Source: Gonapodya sp. JEL0774 (taxonomy: Eukaryota). Taken from it: a stretch of 36,768 nt of DNA. Location of the stretch: positions 248,001 through 284,768 of the forward strand of contig JADIIX010000009.1 of the NCBI GenBank assembly GCA_027604505.1, read 5' to 3'. A program made the translations under genes and the position numbers. The notes under the pieces were generated by a model. It saw only the letters and a list, made by a program, of their open reading frames with translations. It was not told the origin of the DNA and did not search any database. This document shows, in pieces, positions 12,538 to 23,000 of this stretch. Position 1 is the first letter of the stretch, and every line of letters begins with the position of its first letter.

Positions 12538-14157
12538 TGAACATTTTCGGTCTCGCCTGCGATACCCAATCACTTCCATTGTACGAAGACAAACCTTGAT
12601 TTCATGTAGCTCTCGTGTATATCGTGAATTTGATGATATTTCGACGAAAATTATTTGATGAACGGAAAAGCATGACTGTCCAAGGAAGACGATAAACTCC
12701 GAGAAGGAGAGCGTGGTTCGTCAACCTCTCGTCACCCTTGCCAAACCTTTTCTAAAAAGTGAATGAGTGTTATACTTGTACTTGAATTAGATTTATTTCG
12801 CTCTCTATTCTTAGGACATATCCAGCGACCGAAGAGTTTCGCATGATATGGCAATATGCATGGAAAGACTGGACAAGCAGAAACGGCATCTGGCGACAGC
12901 GAGCCCACAGAACAAAACGAACAATCGGACGCTACAGCATTCGGAAGAGCGCACTCTCTCGTCGAATCCATCACCACGTCACGGGATTGGATTGCGCCAC
13001 TAGAGGAAGTGAGACGACTGGAATTAACACAGAGGGCAACGCTTACAGTGAGTACTTACTTCGTGCCCGCGATTGTCAGTGGATACATTCATTTTGAAGG
13101 GTGTCGCTGCTAGTGTCGACCGAACATTTGAAGATCAGAGATGGCACTTGAATGAATTCAATTCATTCAATTCTCTTGTTCGCGGTATGACGAAATCAAA
13201 AGAAACATGGGCCATGTGTGGACAATTGTTTTCGATTTTCGTTGCACTTTGCACACATTATTTTCTCGATTTTCGCACAAAAAACCCAAGTTCACACGAT
13301 AAATAAATGACATGGAATGCGTAATAATGTTGAAAAGTTGTTGGCCGTTTGACCATGGGTTACTGAGGAGCATCTGAACTGATTGAATGTGAACAACTAC
13401 CAATCTTGATTACAGCAGAGGAAATTGTTATTGCTAGAAACAGATATTGGTTTGTGTAATCTCACTGTATACATTAATACCTCTTATCTTTCACATTTAT
13501 ACCACACACTGACACTGATCTTTTATCCATTCTGAGAAAAAATCCTGGTCGGTGCTACCACTGGGAATGCCACTGGCGGGCACGATTTAGCGTGCGTATA
13601 AATTACAATGTCTGTAAATGTCTGTGGGTTTGTCTAAGTGGGTTTCACGCGGCAGCATCAACCCAGCCCTTCATGACAGGCCCCTGGTGCTGTACCGCGA
13701 GAGGGTCCAAACCAAGGGAGAGGAGAGGGAGCAAGCAACAGGGGGGTTGCCACAAACCGAGGTGGGCGAGGAGGACCCGAGACCTCCAACTGCACCAGCC
13801 ACCATGCAGTTCTATGTCGACAAACAGAGCAAATGTAAACGAACAAACTAAGAACAACGCCATCCCAGCGAGCAGAGAAGAGACCTCAGAGACGTGCTTG
13901 CGATAATCCAACAAAACAAAAAACCGACACGCCGCTTCAGCTGAGCCGGCGTTGGCAAGAATGTCAGCGGAGCCCGGACTCCTACTTGCGAAGCTGATCC
14001 TACCTGGGACGGCTTTGGGGAGAATGTGGCGAAGGGTCGGTCGCGCCCGCACAGATGCAAGCACCACCTCTCCCTCGCGGTGCACGCGCCCCCGTCCTAA
14101 GCCAAACCCCTCCCCTCCGCGCTCCAACCAAACCTTCCACAAGCTTCAAAGCCAAAC

Positions 14158-16129
14158 ATGGCATCTGGAATCGATGTTAAAGCCGTGCGTCCATTTTTTC
14201 GGGACTCTACAACAGCTTTTATCCCGTTGCTGAGAAAATATCGTCACCCTTCTCTCGGTTTGGCACATGCGCGTGAATGTGGGATTGGGAACAAACATCA
14301 TCGGAACCAGGCCTTCCATTTTGAGCCGTTCAATACTATTGTGAGCTAACCACACTTTCAAGTTGTCAATTCTCAAAGTAAAGGGAATTTCTCTGCTATA
14401 AGCCGGTGTTAGATCTCGCACTCGCTGACAAGGTGTGGACGAGTTTGTCTAATTATAGCAGTTGACAAGCTCGCGATTCTATTGCCTTGTCATGTGTGAT
14501 GAATTTCGCATCTTCAGCCCGAGACCAAGCCGGTCTTGATTTCATGGCTTAGGTACGCTCTTCTAAACACGGGCAACTGGTACCTAGTTGGACATGGTGT
14601 GGATGACGCCTTGATTGCCGAAGTAAAGGACCTTGCTACTAAGGTTTGTCAGCACATTTGCTTGGTGGTGCTTCGTGGAGATCCACCTTTCGACGTCGAA
14701 ACTTGATTTAATGGTGATGTTTGAATAAGGTCTTTGACCTTCCCGCAAGCGAGGAGGCCCGTCTAGATGAGTCGAATTCTCCTCACTTTTGGGGTTTGAC
14801 TCGCGTGGGGCACGGTACGACCGACGGGCGGCGTGATTATCGAGAGGACTTTGATCTCGGGAACGATCTTCCTTGTGTATGGAAGGACGGGGATCCATTG
14901 TATCTGAAGACACGCCCGTAAGTTTTTCTGCTCCATCAATTATCGATTATCCTGCACAATTTACGTCAACCGGATCACTGGCTGCAACATATTCTGCGCA
15001 GTGGTCCCAACCTTTGGCCTTCGGAGGACTTCCTTCCGGACTTCAAAAGGACCTACAAAACTTACATAGCCGAAATGAACCTTCTGGGGAACAAAATCGA
15101 AGGTCTTATTGAGGAGGCACTTGGCATACCTCCGGGAACATTCGCGGCCTACAAAGACGAAAACGTGAGGGCCGGTGGCCGTGTTAAGATAGCACGGTAC
15201 CCTCCCCTCGACAAGATTCAGAAGGACAATCAGGAGGGCCCTAAGTTCGGCGTGGGACCGCACAAGGATTTGTGGCTGACATTTTCACTGCCGGCGAATG
15301 GTCATTCCGGAGATGAGGTTGCAAACCCGGCTGGTAAAGTCTCACGACGACGAGGGCCTTGAATGTGACCGCACTAAACGAAGTTATTCGTGTCAGGAAC
15401 CTGGATTCCTTGTGCCCCTCTGTCCGGTGTCTCATCCTTTGTCGTCCACGTTGGGTCCGCCCTCGAATCCATCACTCGTGGGGCCGCCATGGCCACACCC
15501 CACCGTGCCATCAACCCTGCTTCAGGCAACTCCCGTTTCACCGTTTACTATCTCCACGAAATCTCTCCGAACGTGACATTCGAGGGACTGGACAGGAGTG
15601 CGGAAGGGCTCGACCCCGAATTGGTGGCGACGGCCAAAGCTCGACGAAGGTGGTGGATTCTGAGAACGAGCCTCGGTAAGGGGAAGCTGCAGAATATCGT
15701 TTCCGCTGCCAAGAGGACCGGTTCCGCGTCAGTGGACGACAGTGAGTTGACCAAACCCGAGAACAATTTGCGGGGTAGTTTCTTAAACGTAACACACGCC
15801 ACCGTAGTTTCCCAAAACGAAGGAGAAAAGAAAGAATTCAAGGACGAAGAAGTGAAGAAACCTCAGTGGCCCAACGCGCAGACCCCAATTGGGGAGGTTT
15901 TCCTTGTAAGCAGAATTAGGTGAGTTCGTCAATAGGCCAATTGTCTTCTGATAAAAAGTTTGACGGCCCTTCTTTTTGTCTTACCAGGAGTCGTCCCAAG
16001 GTTGCTCGGTGAGGAAGTCCCTACTCGTCTCTGCAGGAAAAGTTATGTAACTCACTGTTTATAACGTTTTCGGTCAACAGCAAGTTCTACCCTGAACTCG
16101 CAAATCTCATCCTCGGGCCTACGAAGTAA
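14158..16129 (+). CDS. 2-oxoglutarate/Fe(II)-dependent dioxygenase (DIOX_N + 2OG-FeII_Oxy; IPNS-like family)
   Basis: Spliced NTI|PVLDLA...LRYALLNTGNWYLVGHGV...SPHFWGLTRVG...DYREDFDLG...GPNLWP...RYPP...GVGPHKD (HxD)...VVHVGSALESITRG...TPHRA (distal His)...RFT (RxS/T)...RSRPKVAR|KFYPEL. The start at 14158 depends on three micro-exons. Confidence 0.9.
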
Positions 16130-16251
16130 GAAGTACGCAAATCTAGTTTGTATTTGTGATTTGATGAATGTGAATTGAGGGAGGACTGTCCGAGTTTTAC
16201 ATCTGAAGGGAGATCCACGATATTTCTTTCACTTTCGTACTGCGTGAGAGC

Positions 16252-19200
16252 ATGGCTCTCCTCTCCGCTATGCCAAGTTCTTTCGCTCTCTCCGTCCCCT
16301 CACAGCGACGGCTGCAATCTGTCCAGGCCGCGTTCGAGTACTTCTTGAGGACTATAAACCCACCCCCTTTCACCACTCACGGGGCGCAAACCACGCTCTC
16401 GAGCAGTCAATCAGACAAAGCTGCTGTTTCTTCGACATCTGCGATCGGTGTTGACAGACAAGATCTGCGAGTATATTCCCTGCTGGACACACAACTTCAT
16501 GCCCTCACGTTTCTGATTGTGAGGGATTTCATACAAAGTTGGTACTACACTATTTCCAAGGACGATGAATTCATTAAGGAGACAGTGGGAGTTATCGCAC
16601 GGGTGGCCAGGGAATTGGAGGCGCGGTTAGAGAAGGTGAGCTCCATTTTAGACCAGCACGACGCAGGTGACTTCCTGGACGACTGTAAATGATCGTTGCT
16701 CGATTGAGTTTTGGAGCATCTTGATGCAATTGCCACTAGCTTTATGTGATATTTTCACGACTCCCAAACACTCAACGTGTCTGCTTTCCCAGGTAGATTT
16801 TGTACGGCTTCTGACCTCTGATCTACCCCTTGTACTATCAACCCATCTATCCGACTATCGGCTCGCCACCCGCCGTTCCGGCACCTTGTATGCAGGTGGA
16901 ATGGCTCCGCATGAGGTGTTCCGAGCACTTCAACCTCATTTTGCCCTGCGAGATGAAGCGAGCGAACGCGAGTACCTGGCGACAGCAGTGGAGCTCGTCC
17001 TTAAGCAGCTCTTACCGCGAAGAGATGCGGAGAGTGACGGCGTCCGGAACGTTCTGAGAGAAATTCTCACTGGGAAACTAATGAAACGTGCCTTGGATGC
17101 AATTTGTGATCCGGACTTTTTGAATGACGTAATAGTGAAGGTGATTCGAGCACAGCATTCTTCTTTCCTTTTCAGAATCCATAATGAACACGTTGGGTTG
17201 TTATAGCTGCTGAGCCCACGCGACCCATCCCCTCCACTTAACGTGCCGCCCTTTTCCGACTCCGAAACCAACCCAAACATCGTCCGACAAGGAACACCCT
17301 CCCATTTGTTCCGGAACACTGGACCGATCAACCCACCTGCCACCACCACTCCCCTCGCGACTGCCATTGATGGCCAGTACCTTCAACTAAACGCCCCGTC
17401 ATCTCCGTCGATTCAGTCTATACCGCCTCGAAAGACGTCTATCTCGTCTCTGGCAAGGTCAACATCGACAAACTTTGCGCGGCCCACGTCGGAACTATCT
17501 TCCTCCCACCCAAATGCAGTGATGCCATTTGGGCCTTCTTCTTCTGTGACACCTTTTGTCACATCCGTCTCCGAATTTGCTCCACCTTTCGCTCCCACAA
17601 ACTCACAGCCAGCAGTTCAGTTTGTCCACCCGCCGCGCCCCTCCACGCCTGACTCGCCCACTTCAAGCTCTGTGCTTATCGCCACTGTATTTCCTCTTCT
17701 CCCCTCCTTACTACACTTTATTGAACTCCTTCGTACCTCTCTAGCGACCTATCTAGTCGGTCCACTAGCAACAGGAGCATCCTCTGTGACTGCGAATCTG
17801 GCGGCGCTCGTGGGGCTTGCTTCCTATATGCTTTCCGAGATCCGAAAAGGCCTCACCGATGCCGGGCTGATCGCTCCACAGCCCGAATCTGATAATGCAA
17901 CCAGTGGTGGCGAGTCAAAACTACGAATCAAGCGGTGGCGCGCCGCACGCTTTCCTTCAACACAAATAGGGCGACGAGAGATCCTTTCCGATGTTCAATC
18001 GTTTTACCGTCCTCGATCGCCCATGAACGGCCAAGCGTTTCCCCCACCCACAGTCCCATCCCCACCGGCTAGTGTGAGTGTGGTGAGAACAGTATTGGCC
18101 CCACGTCCGATGAGTGGGCGCGTACTGGGGGATCTCGGTGAAGCAGTTGGAGTTCCTCCAAGTGGGGCCACAGACTCCGCGTACTTCCTCGCACCAGAGC
18201 ACCCCACTGGAACGTCAACTGGGCTCAGACACTTGGACTCATTTTTGGAAGATCAGTGGGATTCAGCGGGGGACATTGTTGGGAGCCAGCGCGAGACTGA
18301 TATCAAGGAGTGGGAAGAGTTTGGGGCAGGAGCACCCGAGTTGCCCCAAGTCTTTCAACCACTGTCCATGGCGGCGGCGGCGGCGACGGAGAAGCCACCG
18401 AGGCTTCCCTTGCCGGTACCGTTGGTTCAATTAGACGATGCGGTCCCCTTGGTGAGCGTGGACGTACGATCAACAGTTCCCCCTGTGCCTTCACTGCTGC
18501 GCGGTGCAACTTTCAGCTCAGACGACACGTTGGGTTCTTCTTTACCGGGTGGGTGGGTGAACGTTTCTGAAGACGAATCGGACAAGTTTGGCGCCACTTC
18601 CGGATCAGCCGAGAACGATGACCCGGGTGTCACAATCTCTGGCATAACGGATCAGATTCAAGCCATTTTGGCGGATTATCGCGACTTGGTTGATGAGCGA
18701 GCACCCCGAGCGGTGGGTGAACCGAGTGGCATAAGGGGCGGAAACGAGGACGGTGCAGATTATGATGCCCGTTGCCAGCGCGATGAAGGGCGATACGCAG
18801 GTGCAAGGTTGGAGCAGGGATGGTTGGGGTTTATTGGGGAGGTGGTGGAGTGGCGGGACAGAGGTTGGTGGGTGTGGAACCAAGTTATGTTCTTGGTGGT
18901 ACCAATTGTGAGGTGGATGGTAGGAAGGGGTATGAATAGGTGAGCTGGGTATCAAAAGGGCGGCGCGGGGCAGTTGCGGCTTTCCTATTGGGTACTATCA
19001 CGCCTCTCACATTCCGGACAAATTCCCCAACCTCCCCAATTTTTCGAATCCCCCAACATCCTCGGCTGTCATTAGACTCATTATTCGCTCCATCCATCGC
19101 CTCTTCTCAGAGAGCAGTGTAGCGACCATTTTTCGAGCCATCCGAATGACAGTTTGGCCTGGTGGTCGATTGGGGGGTCGAGTGCCCGGGGAAGAAAAGG

Positions 19201-19539
19201 ATAAGGAGATTAATACAAAGAGGACAGAGGAGGTAAAAGAGGACTTGAGGAGGAGAGCGGAGGAGATGTTGAGAGAGAAAGTTCCAGGTGCGTGGCGGGA
19301 TTACAGAATTGCGCTCTCTGATCCACAGTCTTTGTTCCTAATCGCGTCCTGTTCGGACAATCAACGTTGGTTCATGCTGGTCTCCAGCCGCAATCTCTAC
19401 TCTTCTCGGCCCGGAGCTAACTGGAGACTCGCTGCGGGACTTACATGGATCTCTACAGAACGCGCTCATAAATCGTCATTTGGTTTTTGTGTTGATTGAC
19501 ATTGCCCTGATACACTTGTTTCCCGACGAGGTTGTCTGA
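16252..19539 (+). CDS. PXA + PXC (Nexin_C) domain protein without PX/RGS; Pxa1/Nvj3-like architecture
   Basis: PXA: LIVRDFIQSWYYTISKDDEF...RLEK|VDFVRLL...PHFAL...EREYL...LLP...LREIL...DPDFLN. PXC: RLFSESSVATIFRAIRMTVWPGG...RTEE...LQNALINRHLVFVLIDIALIHLFPDE. The two are separated by a Ser/Pro-rich linker. Confidence 0.88.
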
Positions 19540-20011
19540 GTGGGATTCCTGTATGTCCATCACTGTTGTGCAAAGTGCCCCTAACACTGTAATATCATTC
19601 ACGTAGCTAAGTGATGACACTCAATAGTACTGAATCACATGCGACATTTCCGATTGCGGGCAAGTGTGCAACATGGGTGTCCCGCATTACAGTTCGTATT
19701 CATTCCAAGCACATACCTATTGGTTGCATCCCAACGGATTGAAGATCGCTCACTGCGATTTCGCAAATACGAGACTCCGAGTGCCTGTTTGCTTAGCCAC
19801 TAGGCTTCTCCGACACTCGAGACGACTGGGAGCTAGGGGACCTCTACTCAGAATCTCAAAAGGCTGCCAGGAAGCCCTAGAAAGGCATAAAAGGGTGGAC
19901 TGCATCCACTCATTGCTTGGAGCGCTTGTTTCTTTAATCTGCGGAGCTTCGCTCTTTCTTTGCGTTGCTTTTCGAACTTGGACACATACCATCAAGGCCG
20001 CTCTTTGTCAG

Positions 20012-23000
20012 ATGTTGACGCCTTCGACTCCAACTAGTGTCCACTCTCCCCAAATGAACCATGGTGAAGGAGCCGTCACACCCTCTTCTGACTACTGTCC
20101 GCCGTCGCCTCTCGCCGCTCATGCGCATTACCCACATCCACACATCACGTTTGCACAGGCGGAATCGGAAGCCTCATTGTCACTTTCCTCTAGGGATTAT
20201 TTTTCCACCTCGCCGGCACCCCTGTCCCCTGTCCCAGATACACCAGACAACTCATCGGTCAATTCGCTACCACTCGGGGTCGACCAGCCCCTCACGAACT
20301 CGGAGCTCAGGCAGATGGAAAATGGATACCGCGCGTTACAAGAAATTCTTGGTGGGCCGGTGACTGGTCTTGGATATGGCTACGAAGCACTTCCGCAAGA
20401 TGACGACGAAAATGAAGGCCGAGGGGGCACATTAAGGTGAGTTCACCAACGCCTTCTTTTGGATTGACAGAGTTCGAGGACATGTATAGTTTTTTGGGCA
20501 ACGTGTAAGCCAAAACTCCTTTAATTGGTCAACTTCGTGAACCGTTGGGAAACTTTTTGTTTGTGGCCGCGGACAGAGAAGTAGGACAAATAAGATTATC
20601 GGGTTTGAACAGCACACTGTGCCTGCCCAAGTGCTCAACCCCAATTACCCCACCATTTCCTCCCCAGCATCCCTCAGAAACCTCCCACGCCACCACATCC
20701 ACCTTCAGGTCTCTGGTCCAAACCTCGGAAACGTCTGTTGAACGACTTCCCCGATGTGGCCATCATATCAGGATGGGAACCTCCTCGCAAGCCAAGATCT
20801 CGGTCACTAATGAGTGGAGCGAGTGGGCGGGTAAGAAAAAAGGGGAACAGGCAGCGTCTGCACATGGAGGACGTTAAACCCAGTGGCACCAAGCCTACCG
20901 CAGTTCCCGTCGCGGGTTTGTCTGGAAACGACTCCCGTATATGCACAGCCACCGAGGTCACCGATTCTCCCGGATCGTTGGGGCTCAAATCTCTCGGCGA
21001 CGGTGGAGACGGATCAGGCGCGTACATGCCTCCGTGGTCGGCTAGAGAAGTCAATCATGCACGGCATGTTGAGGCGAGGACAATGGCGAACGTATCGAAG
21101 CTCGTAGCTGGGTCTGATGGACTGGGTGGGGTAACTGGGATGGCAGAAGGGGTGAGTTTGGCATTTATCGCTTTCGCAATAACCAATTTGTACTTTTCGT
21201 GATCTGTGCGTCATTGTGCTCGAATGGCAGAGATATAATGGCCAAGGTGGCGTCTTACAATCTCCTTCCCGATCTGTGAGTCTTGGTTGATTCGACGTGC
21301 TGGCCCTTGCTCTTCCTCATGCCATTGCATTGGACCCTAGACATCACTTCGCGTCCGGCCTCCTCGTATCCCATCTGAAACCTCTGTTTCTAACCTCCCT
21401 TCACTGCCCAGTCCTCCCTTCCCGATCCTATTCCCTCGCTCCCCGTCTCCTACAAGCCAAGCAAATTTTGACCCCACTTCCGTTTCCCGGGTTGTTACGA
21501 CACCCTTTCACCCCTCACGTCCCCTCGGCTCCGAGCGTGACCTAGCGCCCGTACCCGATCATCTCGTCCTCCTTCCATCGAACGCAACAAGATCCACAAC
21601 TCTGTCGACAGGCTTCGAGAATAGATGGAGAAGCGCAAATATTGCTTCAGTCGATAATTCGAGAATTAGAACACCTGCAACACCGAAAGTCGCGTTTCTG
21701 GACGGGGTTATAAGGGAAGAGGAGGGTCGGATTGTTCTCCAAACAGAGGAGAATCAGAGGGCAGCAACAATCAATGTTGCATCGCTGCTGGCGCGAGTGA
21801 AGCCCGTACCCGCTCCACATGAAGCACAGCGGCGATTGGCAAGAAGCGCTCCGGGGGGTGAATATGGGGGAAAAGTTCGGGCGCGGAGGTCATGGGGAGG
21901 TATTGGCGACCGGTGCGTTGGGGAAGATGGTCCCGTTTTTCTATCTGGAGTAATGTCTAATGGAGATACCGTTTATTTGTGAAGATCGCCTCATCTCCAT
22001 CCAGCACCTTGCGTCCAATCCGCGCAATCTTCCCCATCCATGATACCAGCATTATCCAAGGGTCAACTTCTGGATTCTAGCGACTCACGTCACCGTACAG
22101 ACATCCAAGATTCACAAACCACACACAGTCGCCATGACTGCCAGGACGTTCTTCCCCCCATCTCAGTTGATGTCAGCCGATTCATTGAAGCACGAGTTGC
22201 GTTTGAGGCAGACATGGCCCGAGATGCATCACATCGGCAAGATATCAGTCAGCCATTTTTATCCTCCGCGCCTGAAGGAGTTATACCCAATGTTTCTGGG
22301 AGGCGACCAGCATCTTTCTTTTTGGATGCCTTGGAGGCACCTGATGTGGCGCGGAAGCGAAAGGCAGGGTTTGAAAGGGAGAAGCGGGCACGATGGGCAC
22401 CATTACCTCTTGCGAACGCAATTGCATCTGGAAACACAACTCACAAGGAAGGAGGGGCATTGGCTGGACGGCCAGAGAGGCCTCCTCCACTTGAATACTT
22501 TGATGACGAGGCCTTGTATGAGACAAAGTCACCTGAGACGTGGATTGCCCATGGACCATTGAAAGGGGATCCGCATACTCGTGGACTGTCAAGGTATCAA
22601 ATCAATTGCAGTGTCCTTGGACTCAGTAGGCACCCTGAAAGCAATAAATCACAGACTTTGAAGCAACCTGCCTTGGACTCCTCAAGTGCTGACAATTTGG
22701 ATGTTGACCAAGGCAATTGGGAATGGAGGCCATGCTGGGTCGTGAGTTATGATGGAGAGGCCAATGTCTATGAAATCGAGTGGGTGGACAATGCTGGATT
22801 AAAGAAGCACGTAAAGAGGCTGAACCTGATGTTTGAGGATGAAAATCGAGAGAGGTTTCATGAGCGATATACAGTTGCAGAACACAGAAGAGCGGCATGG
22901 GTAAGGTGGAGGGCAGATCAAAAGGAGGTAGAAGGAGTCAGTGTTATGGGAGGATTTCCAGTAATGGAGACAGGAGTGAAAATGTCCATTTTGGCAAGAC

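Noticed and set aside
12658..12850. In-frame TGA codons as possible selenocysteine
   Set aside because: There is no redox motif (CxxU/UxxC), no similarity to a selenoprotein family and no convincing SECIS downstream.
13645..14142. 165-aa minus-strand ORF and overlapping + strand ORFs
   Set aside because: No recognisable domain or splice structure; such ORFs are expected by chance in GC-rich sequence.
8673..16129. ADI1 and the 2OG dioxygenase as a metabolic (e.g. methionine/ethylene) cluster
   Set aside because: They are separated by RAD52, no other pathway genes are present, and the dioxygenase substrate is unknown.
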